From an uncultured delta proteobacterium (GTDB taxonomy: Bacteria; Desulfobacterota; Binatia; Binatales; Binataceae): a DNA stretch of 64,000 bases. The notes under the pieces are model-generated. The model did not search any database. It worked only from the letters and a program-made list of their open reading frames with translations, and was not told the DNA's origin. Below, piece after piece: positions 27,100 through 37,732 of this stretch (position 1 is the stretch's first letter; each line of letters starts with the position of its first letter). The position numbers and the translations under genes are program-made. The DNA is taken from the NCBI GenBank assembly GCA_963711565.1, contig CAVQEQ010000001.1, positions 576,001-640,000 of the forward strand. Reading direction: 5' to 3'.

Positions 27100-27540
27100 T
27101 CAGCTCGTGGGTGGCTGTGCAGGCTGAACTGCGGGCGCCGACTCGCCGGTGAAGTGGACTGCGATGCCGGCGCATTCGAAGTACCCGCCTTCAGTATAAG
27201 GTTCGAAAGCGCCGTAATCGTCATCCTCGACGAACCATACCGTAGTGTTCACGATCGCATCGACCTGGTCGCCATACTTCCGATACGCGGCCGCTCTAAG
27301 TCCGTCGCCATGAACAACAGCGCCGCCGGTTGAATTTGGTCGGTTGAAGCAGTAGCCCTCCGCACGTCCGAGCGCTGTAAATTGCGGATGACCTTTGACG
27401 GCGGGGCCGTGAACGACCTGGATCTTCTTGATCGCGGCGCTGATGGCGTCCTGTTGCTGTTGGAGATGGTCCACATCCTGATCAACAGCGGAACATCCCG
27501 CGAGCGCGACGATCGCAACAAGGAGAAGCACGAGTCGCAT
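27100..27540 (-). CDS. Lipoprotein, possible RcsF/YbjQ-like fold
   Basis: Lipobox LAGC; LGRAEGYC...LRAAA...VDAIVN...CAGIAV. Confidence 0.6.
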   Translation of the reverse strand: MRLVLLLVAIVALAGCSAVDQDVDHLQQQQDAISAAIKKIQVVHGPAVKGHPQFTALGRAEGYCFNRPNSTGGAVVHGDGLRAAAYRKYGDQVDAIVNTTVWFVEDDDYGAFEPYTEGGYFECAGIAVHFTGESAPAVQPAQPPTS

Positions 27541-27625
27541 TGGAATCCCCTCCGGCCGATTGGCGTAGCCAACCCGCGCGCGCAGCGCAACAATACATAT
27601 TCCGCGCGCGATTCGAGCAGTCGTG

Positions 27626-27871
27626 CTAGCCCTGCTGCTTCCTGCGCTCAGCCCAACGCTTCTTCATCGCAATTGACAGCCGCTTTCTGCCCGCCGGCGT
27701 CAGACCGCCGCGCTTGCGCTTCTTCGTGGTGGACCCTTTAGGCCTGCCGACTCTCTTCTTCTTGCCACCACCTGACAAGGCCTTACCCGCCGATCCCATC
27801 AGAGCAGTGATCGCTCGGCCAAGCCTGTCCCTTTCCTTCGCCAAGTCTGCAACTAATTTTTCCAGGTCCAA
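27626..27871 (-). CDS. Small basic putative DNA-binding protein
   Basis: AAGGAG RBS plus TTG; N-terminal coiled coil, GRPKGS AT-hook-like motif, C-terminal LTPAGRKRLSIAMKKRWA. Confidence 0.7.
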   Translation of the reverse strand: MDLEKLVADLAKERDRLGRAITALMGSAGKALSGGGKKKRVGRPKGSTTKKRKRGGLTPAGRKRLSIAMKKRWAERRKQQG

Positions 27872-28095
27872 GGTTTGCTCCTTTGGCGCGCATGCTCTAT
27901 GCAGCGCCTTCATTAGCGGCTCGTTGTGATTTGCGTCCTATAGATAGGTGTGCACGCTTGTTCGGGTCAGCGCAATACCTAGCCTTCCGCCGATTCGATG
28001 CAGCAGTGCGGAAATTTCAGGACTTTCCGTGCGCTCCGGCACATATCCACAGGCGACGATTTAACGGGTAGCGAACAACTTCGATTGCGAATAGA

Positions 28096-29913
28096 GTGAG
28101 GCGACGTTTGCCGGAAGGTTTCGTGAACGAAGCGCATCGCACTAGATTTCTCGTCGAGCTGATCAAACCCTCGCATTACGACGACGACGGCTACTTAATA
28201 CAGTGGTGGCGCGGATTTGTGCCGTCGAGCTCGCTGTCGAACCTGTACGGCCTCGCGCTTGACGCGCAGACGCGCCGCATCCTCGGCGAGAGCGTCGATC
28301 TCGATATCGAGGCGCACGACGAGACTAACAAGCGAGTGCCGGTGCGTTCGATAATTCGGCGGTTCAAGCGCAACGCGAACCGCGGCATTGTGCTGCTGGT
28401 TGGTGTACAAACCAACCAGTTCGCGCGCGCAGTCGATATCGCGCGCGAGCTACGCACCGCCGGCATCCAGGTTGCGATCGGCGGGTTTCATGTCAGCGGA
28501 TGCCTCGCGATGCTGCCGGAGATGCCGCCCGAGATGAAGGACGCGCTCGCGCTCGGCATCACGCTGTTCGCCGGCGAAGCCGAGCATCGGCTCGACGAGT
28601 TGCTGCTCGCCGCGTTCGAGAATCGCATGCCGCCGGTTTACAACTTCATGGCCGATTTGCCCGCGATGGACGGCGAGCCGCTGCCGTTCCTGCCGATGAA
28701 ATACGTCAAGCGCTACGCCGGCGCACTCGGATGCTTCGACGCGGGGCGCGGATGCCCGTTCAGTTGCAGCTTCTGCACGATCATAAACGTGCAGGGCCGC
28801 AAGTCACGTCATCGCAGCGCCGACGATATCGAGCAGTTGATTCGCGCGCACGCGGCGCAAGGCGTGCGCAGCTTTTTCATCACCGACGACAACTTCGCGC
28901 GCAACCGGAATTGGGAACCGATCCTCGACCGCATCATCGAACTCAAGCGCCGCGACCGGCTCAAGATCAACATCATCATGCAGGTCGATACCATGTGCCA
29001 CAAAATCCCGCACTTCGTTGAGAAGTCGGTGCGCGCAGGGTGCAAGAAAGTTTTCATCGGGCTCGAGAACATCAATCCCGACAGCCTCAAGGGCGCGTCG
29101 AAAGGTCAGAACCGCATCACCGAGTATCGCAAGATGCTGCAGGCGTGGAAGCGCGCGAAGGTGCTGACCTATGCCGGTTATATCCTGGGTTTCCCGTCCG
29201 ACACGCCCGCGAGTATCGAGCGCGACATCGCGATCATCCAGCGCGAACTCCCCATCGACATCATGGAGTTCTTCATGCTCACGCCGCTGCCCGGCTCGAA
29301 GGATCACCAGGACATGTACCTGCGCGGCGAGCGGATGGAAGCCGACACCAACAAGTACGATGCCGAACATGCGACTGCCGACCATCCGCGCATGAGTGCC
29401 GCCGAATGGCAGGACATCTACCAGCGGGCGTGGCACCTGTACTATTCGCCGTCGCACATCGAGACGCTAATCAAGCGGGCGGTCGCCAGCGGGATGCGCT
29501 CGCGGCGGATGACTTCGATGATTTTCTATTTCTACGGAAGTCACGCTTTCGAGCGGGTACATCCGCTGCAAGGCGGGATCATTCGCCGCAAGCCGCGTAC
29601 GCAGCGCCGTCCGGGATTTCCGCGCGAGAACTTGCTCAGCTTTTTCGCGAGGCGCACCCACGAGACGCTAACGACTTACGTTCCTGGGCTGTTGTACTTC
29701 AGGCGGCTGGAACGTTTGCGAAAGAAGATCGAGAACGATCCCGCGTCGAAACACTATATGGATGTAGCGCTCAGTCCCGTCGTCGATGGCGAGTTCGACG
29801 GCGACCTCGAACTCTACCAGGCATCGGACTCCGCTGTACGCGCCGCCGACCAGGCCCGCTCACGCGCCGACGAGATGCGGAAGATCGAGCTTCGCCGCGC
29901 GGCAGCCGGCTGA
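28096..29913 (+). CDS. Cobalamin-binding radical SAM protein
   Basis: N-terminal B12-type Rossmann fold (GVQTNQF, IGGFHVSG, GEAE); RGCPFSCSFC; TDDNF; GLE. Confidence 0.9.
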   Translation: MRRRLPEGFVNEAHRTRFLVELIKPSHYDDDGYLIQWWRGFVPSSSLSNLYGLALDAQTRRILGESVDLDIEAHDETNKRVPVRSIIRRFKRNANRGIVLLVGVQTNQFARAVDIARELRTAGIQVAIGGFHVSGCLAMLPEMPPEMKDALALGITLFAGEAEHRLDELLLAAFENRMPPVYNFMADLPAMDGEPLPFLPMKYVKRYAGALGCFDAGRGCPFSCSFCTIINVQGRKSRHRSADDIEQLIRAHAAQGVRSFFITDDNFARNRNWEPILDRIIELKRRDRLKINIIMQVDTMCHKIPHFVEKSVRAGCKKVFIGLENINPDSLKGASKGQNRITEYRKMLQAWKRAKVLTYAGYILGFPSDTPASIERDIAIIQRELPIDIMEFFMLTPLPGSKDHQDMYLRGERMEADTNKYDAEHATADHPRMSAAEWQDIYQRAWHLYYSPSHIETLIKRAVASGMRSRRMTSMIFYFYGSHAFERVHPLQGGIIRRKPRTQRRPGFPRENLLSFFARRTHETLTTYVPGLLYFRRLERLRKKIENDPASKHYMDVALSPVVDGEFDGDLELYQASDSAVRAADQARSRADEMRKIELRRAAAG

Positions 29914-29914
29914 T

Positions 29915-30571
29915 CTATTTCGCGGCCTGTTGCTGGTACAGCTCGGGCAAGTCTTTCTGAAACTGTTCCAGTTTCGGCAAATCGTTGTAGACGATGTAAG
30001 GTTGATCCGGATGCAGCTCCAAGTAGTTCTGATGATAGTCTTCGGCCGGGTAGAAGCCCGTGAATGGAACCACCTTGGTAACGATCGGCCCCGAGAATGC
30101 GTGCTGCTGATAGAGTTGCGTGATGTAGTCATCGGCCATCTTTTTCTGAGCGTCGTTCTCATAGAAGATCGATGAGCGATACTGAGTCCCCGAATCCGGT
30201 CCCTGTCGATTCAGTTCGGTCGGATCGTGAGCGACGAAGAAAAACACCTTCAACAGATCGTCGTACGTAACCTTCGACGGATCGTAGGTAACCCGGACTG
30301 ACTCCGCATGCCCCGTCGTTCCCGTGCTGACGATCTCATAATGGGCGGTATTCGCCGCTCCGCCCGCGTATCCTGAAACAACCTTGGTCACGCCCTTAAC
30401 ATGCTTGAAGACAGCATCGACACCCCAGAAACATCCACCCGAAAAAACCGCGCTAGCGCTATCGTTGCCCGCGGCCTGCGCCGTAACGTTAACGGTCTTC
30501 ACGCCGAATAACACTCCCACGGTAAGCAAGAGCGCCATGATCAACTTCGTTCGCGACTTCATATTCATCAT
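29915..30571 (-). CDS. msrA: Peptide-methionine (S)-S-oxide reductase, with signal peptide
   Basis: GGCFWG, GHAE, HDPT.LNRQG.D.GTQYRS, FYPAEDYHQNY. Confidence 0.95.
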   Translation of the reverse strand: MMNMKSRTKLIMALLLTVGVLFGVKTVNVTAQAAGNDSASAVFSGGCFWGVDAVFKHVKGVTKVVSGYAGGAANTAHYEIVSTGTTGHAESVRVTYDPSKVTYDDLLKVFFFVAHDPTELNRQGPDSGTQYRSSIFYENDAQKKMADDYITQLYQQHAFSGPIVTKVVPFTGFYPAEDYHQNYLELHPDQPYIVYNDLPKLEQFQKDLPELYQQQAAK

Positions 30572-30656
30572 ATTAGCAACGCGCAACGGTCGCGTCTGGT
30601 TCCCGCAGCCGGTTTGAATTTGACCGTCGGCATTAAACTCTGAGCAATATCCCCTG

Positions 30657-31376
30657 ATGCGATTCGCGCCGATACTTCTTTCTCTCGTCACGCTCGTCTC
30701 GACCGGGTTAGGCGGGACAGCCGCAATCCGCCTCCGCGACCGGCTTCATCTACTGCTCGGGTTCAGTTCCGGCGCGGTATTGGCGGTGGCGCTGTTCGAC
30801 ATACTGCCCGAAGTGTTCGCGTTCGACCATGGCGCATCCTATATGCCGATCACTGCGCTGGGATTCCTGGCGTTCTTCGGACTCGAACGCTACACCGCGA
30901 TGCATCGCGCCCGCGAACATCCCCATTCGGTGGGCGCCCATGAGCCGGAGCTTGGCGCGATGTCCGCGGCCGGCCTGGCCTTTCACAGTTTTTTGGACGG
31001 AGTCGCAATCGGCGTCGGCTTTCAGACCAGCGTCGCAATCGGGCTACTCATAGCGTTCGGCATAATCGCGCACGACTTTAGCGACGGGCTGAACACGGTG
31101 ACGGTCGTTCTCGCCCATGGAAATTCGCCACGACGCGCCGTTATCTGGCTGATAATCGACATGCTCACGCCTGTTCTTGGCGCGGCTTCGACGCTGATGT
31201 TCGATCTGCGGGGACTGCTGCCTTTCCTGCTCGCGTTCTTCGCCGGGTCTTTTCTTTATATTGGTGCCTCGGACCTGCTGCCGGAAGCGCGGGAGCACGA
31301 TTCTCCGCTGGTCGCCGTCGCCACCTTCATGGGGATGCTGGCGATTTTTCTGATCACCCGCCTGCTGCGGGGATAG
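30657..31376 (+). CDS. ZIP family metal transporter
   Basis: HSFLDG..IG, HDFSDG, YIGASDLLPE. Confidence 0.9.
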   Translation: MRFAPILLSLVTLVSTGLGGTAAIRLRDRLHLLLGFSSGAVLAVALFDILPEVFAFDHGASYMPITALGFLAFFGLERYTAMHRAREHPHSVGAHEPELGAMSAAGLAFHSFLDGVAIGVGFQTSVAIGLLIAFGIIAHDFSDGLNTVTVVLAHGNSPRRAVIWLIIDMLTPVLGAASTLMFDLRGLLPFLLAFFAGSFLYIGASDLLPEAREHDSPLVAVATFMGMLAIFLITRLLRG

Positions 31377-31444
31377 TTGCGAGATCCTTTTGGCGGGCTG
31401 CCCAAGGTTGGCGAAGGCCCCTGTACATATATATTGTCGCGACT

Positions 31445-32578
31445 ATGGAAAAGAGACCGGCGCGGCTGCTCGCTTTGTTTCAGCTCATTGCGTGCATCGC
31501 GATCTTTGGATGCGGGCATAAAGAGGCGGCTGCGCCCGAGTCGATCCCCGTTACGGTGCAGGCCGTCGCGATGGCGAGTGGTGCTGCCGGCGGAGCCTAC
31601 TCGGCAAATATTATTGCCGATACGCAGGTTGATGTTGCGTTCAAGGTCAACGGCTATGTGCAGTCGATCCTCCAGGTAAAGGGTGCGGACGGCAAGCTGC
31701 GCAATGTGCAGGCGGGCGATGCGGTGACGGCGGGCGCGGTGCTCGCGGTCGTGAAGGATGACACCTACCGCAACAGCCTGGTGAAAGCTCAAGCCGATTT
31801 ACAGAACTCGCGCGCGACATTCAGCAAGGCGAAGGCGGACTTCACCCGCTACACGCATCTGCTGGAGCAGCACGTCGTGTCGCAGGCCGACTATGACGCC
31901 GCCAAGCAGCAATACGAATCCGCGCAGGCGTCGGTCGGCGCATCGCAGGCCGCGGTGCAGCAGGCACAAGTCGATCTCGACGACTGCAAACTCAAATCGC
32001 CGATGAGCGCGCTGGTGCTCGATCGGAAGATCGAAGTCGGCACGCTGGTATCGCCCAACAGCGTCGGCTTTCAGATTGGCGATACCAGCAAGGTCAAAGT
32101 CGTGTTCGGCGTGCCGGGCGCAATTGTCGGCGAGTTGAAGCCCGGAGCGGCGATCGCGGCCACCGTCGATGCGTTCCCCGGCCAGACCTTCAAGGGCGCG
32201 ATTTCCAAAGTCGCCGCCGTCGCCGATCCCAACGCTCGCCTATTCGATATCGAGGCGACGATTCCCAACCCCGACGCGCGCCTGCGGGTCGGCATGATTG
32301 CCGCGCTCCATCTGCCGGCCGCCGCGCAAGCGCAGAGCGTGCTGGTGGTGCCGACGCGGGCGATAGTGCGGCCGCCGGACGACCCCAAGGGCTATGCGGT
32401 GTACGTCGCGGAGAAGAATGCTGACGGAAAGATGGTCGCGACACTCAAGAAGGTCGAGATAGGTCCTGTCGTCGGCGACCAGGTCTCGATTGCGACGGGG
32501 CTCGACGCCGGTGCGCAAGTGATCGTCAGGGGCGCGGACATCGTCTTCAACGGCGCGAGCATCAACGTGGTTCCGTAG
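31445..32578 (+). CDS. RND efflux periplasmic adaptor (MFP)
   Basis: Lipobox, lipoyl halves, coiled hairpin, LRVGM. Confidence 0.9.
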   Translation: MEKRPARLLALFQLIACIAIFGCGHKEAAAPESIPVTVQAVAMASGAAGGAYSANIIADTQVDVAFKVNGYVQSILQVKGADGKLRNVQAGDAVTAGAVLAVVKDDTYRNSLVKAQADLQNSRATFSKAKADFTRYTHLLEQHVVSQADYDAAKQQYESAQASVGASQAAVQQAQVDLDDCKLKSPMSALVLDRKIEVGTLVSPNSVGFQIGDTSKVKVVFGVPGAIVGELKPGAAIAATVDAFPGQTFKGAISKVAAVADPNARLFDIEATIPNPDARLRVGMIAALHLPAAAQAQSVLVVPTRAIVRPPDDPKGYAVYVAEKNADGKMVATLKKVEIGPVVGDQVSIATGLDAGAQVIVRGADIVFNGASINVVP

Positions 32579-32588
32579 GCGCGATCCG

Positions 32589-35500
32589 ATGGCGCATCGG
32601 CCTGACGCAGAAATAATCGCGACGACTCACAACACTGCGCGGTTCTTTACCGAGAACCGCCAGATTTCGTGGGTCGCACTCCTGCTCGTGATCGCATGGG
32701 GCATCTACGGCTACGGCAAGATGCCCAAGCGCAAGGACCCCGACATCCCCGTGAAGGAAGCGCAGGTGATATGCGCATGGCCGGGCGTCAGCGCCGACCG
32801 GGTCGAGCAACTCGTCACGCGCAGAATCGAACAGCAACTGGCCGAGGTCTCCGAGGTTCGCGCGCCTTCGGCCGAAGAGTACTCGATCAAGTCGCTGACG
32901 CTCGACGGACTGTCGGTCGTCAACGTACAGGTCGATTACAACGTCAAGGACACCAAGCCCGTCTTCAACGAGATGGACTTGAAGCTTAGGAGCATCACGG
33001 ACCTACCCAAAGGTGCCGGGCCGATTCAGTTCTTCAGCGGCTTTGGCGATACGGCGGCGCTGATGCTGACGGTGGCAAGTCCGAAAGAAAGCGAGGTCGC
33101 GATCTCGCTGCGCGCCAGGGAGATCGCGGCCGCAATAAAAGCGGCGCGCGGCAGCGGCGACACGTCGAAGCGCGCGACGATAGTTGTCCCGTTTCCGCTA
33201 GGTCTCGATTCGCCGAACATCGGCGAAAGCGTCAGGAGTACGCTCGGGCCGTGCCTGGCCAAGAGCGGATCTCTCGCCGACATCCGGCCGATTGCGGGCA
33301 AAGGCTTCGTTGGACTCGACGGTATCGCGAACTCCGACGCCGAACTGCAGCGCGCGTTCATGGGATGCGTCGAGGAAAAGTACGGCTCCGCCTCGTTCGA
33401 TCCGGACATCTGGCAGCCGGTCGTAATTCGCAATCCCGACGACGCGGAGGCGCGGCTCGCCACCGTCGCGGGAGACAAGTACAGCTTTCGTGAGCTGGAC
33501 GATTTCACGGATCTGATCAAGCGCGGGCTGACCGGAGTGCCGCAGGTATCGAAGATTCTGATCTCCGGAGATCTGCCGCAGTGGATTAACCTCGAATATT
33601 CGCAAGCCAAGCTCGCGGCTTACGGCATCACACCGAGCAAGATCTCACAGGTGCTGGCGGCGCGAAATATCGTTTCGCCCGGAGGCTCGCTGGAAACCAA
33701 CGGCCGCAATCTGATCGTGTTGCCCTCGGGCGAGTATAAAAGCGAAAAGGATATCGGCGACACAATCATCGGCAAGTCTGCGACCGGCACGCCGCTGTAT
33801 CTGCGCGATCTCGTGACGATCACGCGCGGCTACCAGGACCCCGCGCGCTATCTCAACACTTATACCGTCCGCGACGCCGCCGGCGGATGGCAAACGCATC
33901 GCGCGATCACGATCGCCGTGCAAATGCGCTCGGGCGAACAGATTCATCTGTTCGGCGAAAACGTCGATCGCCAACTGACGATGCTTCGCCAGCAACTGCC
34001 GTCCGATCTGATCATGGCGCGGACCTCGGACCAGCCGCGGCAGGTCGAGGAAAACGTCGAGCTGCTGAATCACGCGCTCGAGGAAGCGATCGCGCTGGTC
34101 GTCATCACGGCTCTGATCGGGTTCTGGGAATGGCGCTCGGCCCTGCTGATGGCCGTGTCGATCCCGCTAACGCTGCTGATGACGTTCGGCTTTATGGATC
34201 TGGTCGGATGGGACATCCAACAGGTCTCGATTGCTTCGCTGATCATCGCGCTAGGTCTGCTGATCGACGACCCGGTCGTTGCCGGGGACGCGATCAAGCG
34301 TGATCTGGACGCGGGGCATCCGCGGATTATCTCGGCGTGGCTGGGACCTACCAAGCTGGCGCGCGCGATCCTGTACGCCACTATCACGAACATCGTCGCC
34401 TATTTGCCATTCGGCTTACTCAGCGGAGATACCGGCAAGTTTATGATTTCGCTGCCGGTTGTTATGACCGCATCCCTTATAGCGTCGCGATTGGTCTCGA
34501 TGACCTTTATCCCGATGCTGGGTTACTATTGGCTGCGCCCGGCAAAGAAGAAACCGCTACCGATAGAAGAGCAGCGTCGCCAGGGCTTCAGCGGCTACTA
34601 CTACCGCACCGGACATTGGTGCCTGGAGCATCGATGGTTGACGTTCGCCGCCTCGATTGTCTTCCTGGTCGTTGGATTCAAGTTAGGTTCGATGCTGAAG
34701 TCGGCGTTCTTCCCCACCGATCTGCAGTTCCTGTCCACGGTCGATATTCTTCTGCCCAACGACAGTGCGTTGACCGAGACCACAGCTGCGGCGGCGAAAG
34801 CGCGCGAGATAATCGAGCAGCAGGCGCATCAGATTGACGTCAAGGAATCGGAGGGCGCCGAAGCTACCCATCACATACTAAAGTCGCTGACGACTTTCGT
34901 CGGCGGCGGCGGTCCGCGCTTCTGGTATTCGCTGGCGCCCGAGACGAAGCAGGTCAACTACGCGCAAGTCGTCATCGAAATTGACGACCGGCGGGCTATG
35001 TCGCACTTCGCCGACGTGCTGCAACCCGCGCTGTCGGCGGCGATTCCCGGCGCATACGTGGATGTGCAGGAGTTGCAGACCAACGGCTCCAAGTATCCCA
35101 TCGAGATTTTCGTAAGCGGCCGTGCGGAATCCACGACTGGCGGCGAGATCGAAGACATCGTGACGCTTCGCAAGTTGGCCAACAACCTTGAAGATATACT
35201 GCGGGCGGTGCCCGACGCGCGCCGGGTCCGTAACGATTGGATGGGGCAAACGATGGTCGCGCGGCTCGATATCGATCCCGATCGCGCCAACCTGGCCGGC
35301 ATTTCCAACCAAGATGTCGCCGCGTCAACCACCGCCGGCTTGAGCGGCACCAGGGTGACGACGCTGCTCGAGGGAGACAAACAGATCCCGGTCGTTGCGC
35401 GCCTTGACCGGCGTGAGCGAGCAACCGTGCCGGATCTGGAAAATCTCTACGTCTATCCCTCGAACGGGGGCCAACCGGTTCCACTTAAGGCGATCTCGTC

Positions 35501-36263
35501 GGTGCATTACGAACTCGAGACGCAGCGAATCCGCCGCCGCGCCCACCACCGCACCATAACAGTCGCGGCTTTCACCGCACCCGGCGTGCTGGCCTCGGAA
35601 GTACTTAACCAGGCGCTGCCGAAGATCAAGGAACTGCAGGCTAGTTTGCCACCCGGCTACAGCATCGTCATAGGCGGCGAGTATGCCAAGCAGCAAACCG
35701 GATTTGGAGAGTTAAGCACCATACTTTTGATCTCGTGCCTGATGATTTACGTGGCGCTGGTCATCCAGTTCAACAGTGCCATCAAACCAGTGCTGGTGTT
35801 CGCCTGCGTTCCATACGGCGTCGTCGGCGCATTGCTAGCGCTCCTTGTAATGGGTACGCCTTTCGGCTTCATGGCGTTCCTGGGTATAGCCAGTCTCATA
35901 GGTGTCATCGTAAGTCACGTTATCGTGCTGTTCGATTTCATCGAGGAGATGCACGAGAAGGGCGAACCGTTCATGGAGGCAGTGCTCGACGCCGGCATCG
36001 AGCGGCTGCGTCCCGTGCTGATCACGGTCGGCGCGGCGGTGCTGGCGTTGGTGCCTCTTTCGATGCGCGGCGGCCCTTTGTGGGAGCCGCTATGCTACGC
36101 ACAGATAGGAGGTCTTAGCGTCGCGACTTTCATCGAACTGCTACTGGTGCCGGTGTTGTACGGAATATTCGTGCTCGATTTGAAAATCATCAAGTGGGAG
36201 ACGATACATCCAGACACTGCGCCTGGGACGGTGATTCCGCTTCGTGGTAGCGCGGAAGATTGA
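32589..36263 (+). CDS. RND efflux permease (AcrB-like, 1224 aa)
   Basis: WPGVSADRVEQLVT, ALGLLIDDPVV, RLRPVLIT; 12-TM layout. Confidence 0.92.
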   Translation: MAHRPDAEIIATTHNTARFFTENRQISWVALLLVIAWGIYGYGKMPKRKDPDIPVKEAQVICAWPGVSADRVEQLVTRRIEQQLAEVSEVRAPSAEEYSIKSLTLDGLSVVNVQVDYNVKDTKPVFNEMDLKLRSITDLPKGAGPIQFFSGFGDTAALMLTVASPKESEVAISLRAREIAAAIKAARGSGDTSKRATIVVPFPLGLDSPNIGESVRSTLGPCLAKSGSLADIRPIAGKGFVGLDGIANSDAELQRAFMGCVEEKYGSASFDPDIWQPVVIRNPDDAEARLATVAGDKYSFRELDDFTDLIKRGLTGVPQVSKILISGDLPQWINLEYSQAKLAAYGITPSKISQVLAARNIVSPGGSLETNGRNLIVLPSGEYKSEKDIGDTIIGKSATGTPLYLRDLVTITRGYQDPARYLNTYTVRDAAGGWQTHRAITIAVQMRSGEQIHLFGENVDRQLTMLRQQLPSDLIMARTSDQPRQVEENVELLNHALEEAIALVVITALIGFWEWRSALLMAVSIPLTLLMTFGFMDLVGWDIQQVSIASLIIALGLLIDDPVVAGDAIKRDLDAGHPRIISAWLGPTKLARAILYATITNIVAYLPFGLLSGDTGKFMISLPVVMTASLIASRLVSMTFIPMLGYYWLRPAKKKPLPIEEQRRQGFSGYYYRTGHWCLEHRWLTFAASIVFLVVGFKLGSMLKSAFFPTDLQFLSTVDILLPNDSALTETTAAAAKAREIIEQQAHQIDVKESEGAEATHHILKSLTTFVGGGGPRFWYSLAPETKQVNYAQVVIEIDDRRAMSHFADVLQPALSAAIPGAYVDVQELQTNGSKYPIEIFVSGRAESTTGGEIEDIVTLRKLANNLEDILRAVPDARRVRNDWMGQTMVARLDIDPDRANLAGISNQDVAASTTAGLSGTRVTTLLEGDKQIPVVARLDRRERATVPDLENLYVYPSNGGQPVPLKAISSVHYELETQRIRRRAHHRTITVAAFTAPGVLASEVLNQALPKIKELQASLPPGYSIVIGGEYAKQQTGFGELSTILLISCLMIYVALVIQFNSAIKPVLVFACVPYGVVGALLALLVMGTPFGFMAFLGIASLIGVIVSHVIVLFDFIEEMHEKGEPFMEAVLDAGIERLRPVLITVGAAVLALVPLSMRGGPLWEPLCYAQIGGLSVATFIELLLVPVLYGIFVLDLKIIKWETIHPDTAPGTVIPLRGSAED

Positions 36264-36311
36264 TCGGGAAATTATGATTGGTTTCGCGAACGTGGATCGG
36301 AGGTCATAGCT

Positions 36312-36842
36312 ATGTCGCCGAAAGACCACTCGAGCGTACCGCCGGACTGTGGCGAACCGCCGCCAGCAGCGAGTTCAGACCCCGACTGGCCCAGGCTTCT
36401 CGCGCGCGTCGTAGAAGGAATAGTCACCGCAGAGTTGCAGGAGTTCGAAGACAACGTGATGGCGTTTCTCGACTCCGCCGTCGCGGATGCCTACGCAACC
36501 TTCGTCTGGATATGCGCGCGAGTAATCGGCGCGGCCTTTCTGCTGACTGGGCTGGTCCTGTTTTTGGGAATCTTCCTTCAATGGTGGGCGGCATTTGGAT
36601 TGGTGGGTATAGTAGTCATCGCGGTGGGTGCTCTCGCGAGCATCAGGCGCAGGCCTGCCCGCGCCGATCACGCCGATAGCATTGGTGCGGGACACAAAAG
36701 CCGGATTAGCGTTAATATAATCGACGATTTTCAAAAAGCTGGAGACAGCCGATGCCACATTGGTACGAAGATAATTCAAGATCGATCGGACACACGCCGC
36801 TGGTGCGGCTCAACCGCGTCACCGACGGCGCACCGGCGATAG
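36312..36842 (+). CDS. YqjE/holin-like two-TM protein; 3' end uncertain
   Basis: DWPRLLAR resembles DWPTLVGR of 7802..8197; the ORF runs 91 nt into cysK. Confidence 0.5.
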   Translation: MSPKDHSSVPPDCGEPPPAASSDPDWPRLLARVVEGIVTAELQEFEDNVMAFLDSAVADAYATFVWICARVIGAAFLLTGLVLFLGIFLQWWAAFGLVGIVVIAVGALASIRRRPARADHADSIGAGHKSRISVNIIDDFQKAGDSRCHIGTKIIQDRSDTRRWCGSTASPTAHRR

Positions 36843-37708
36843 TTCTCGGCAAGATCGAAGGACGCGGCCCCGCGTATTCCGTCAAGGACCGTATCGGCGC
36901 CGCGATGGTCTGGGACGCCGAGAAGCGCGGCCTGCTAGGCCCCAGCAAGGAGCTGGTCGAGCCGACCAGCGGCAACACCGGTATCGCGCTCGCCTTCGTC
37001 GCCGCCGCGCGCAACATTCCGCTGACCTTGACGATGCCCGATACGATGAGCCTCGAGCGCCGCAAGCTGCTGATCGCCTACGGCGCGAAGCTGGAATTGA
37101 CCGAGGGCGCGCGCGGGATGAGCGGCGCGATCGCGAAGGCCGAGGAAATCAAAGCGTCGGCGCCCGATCGCTACGTCCTGCTGCAGCAGTTCAGCAATCC
37201 CGCCAATCCCGCGATTCACGAAGCAACCACCGGCCCTGAAATCTGGAACGACACGGAGGGTGCGATCGATATTTTCGTGTCGGGAGTCGGCACCGGCGGA
37301 ACAATCACCGGCGTCTCGCGCTACATCAAGAAGACAAAGGGCAAAGCCATCGTTTCGGTCGCCGTCGAGCCGACCGCCAGTCCCGTCATCACACAGAAAC
37401 GCAGCGGTCAGCCGCTGAAGCCGGGCGCGCACAAAATCCAGGGCATCGGGGCGGGGTTCGTGCCCGAGAACCTCGACCTCTCGATTGTCGATGTGGTCGA
37501 GCAGGTCAGCAACGAAGATGCGATCGAATACGCGCGGCGGTTGACACGCGAAGAAGGAATCCTGTCGGGCATTTCGTCGGGAGCAGCGGTCGTCGTGGCC
37601 GTGCGCATCGCGAAGCGTCCGGAGAACAAGGGCAAGACCATCGTCGTCGTGCTGCCGGATTCGGGTGAACGATATTTGAGTACCGCGCTATTCGAGGGCC
37701 TTTCCTAA
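36752..37708 (+). CDS. cysK: Cysteine synthase A
   Basis: SVKDRIG (PLP Lys), [30 protein letters not shown]. Confidence 0.96.
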   Translation: MPHWYEDNSRSIGHTPLVRLNRVTDGAPAIVLGKIEGRGPAYSVKDRIGAAMVWDAEKRGLLGPSKELVEPTSGNTGIALAFVAAARNIPLTLTMPDTMSLERRKLLIAYGAKLELTEGARGMSGAIAKAEEIKASAPDRYVLLQQFSNPANPAIHEATTGPEIWNDTEGAIDIFVSGVGTGGTITGVSRYIKKTKGKAIVSVAVEPTASPVITQKRSGQPLKPGAHKIQGIGAGFVPENLDLSIVDVVEQVSNEDAIEYARRLTREEGILSGISSGAAVVVAVRIAKRPENKGKTIVVVLPDSGERYLSTALFEGLS

Positions 37709-37732
37709 AATCAGGAAGCCTGCGACGCGAGC

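Noticed and set aside
28096-29913. Radical SAM gene as a RiPP maturase with 27626..27871 as precursor
   Set aside because: The neighbour is divergent and looks like a DNA-binding protein; no RRE/SPASM domain, protease or exporter is linked
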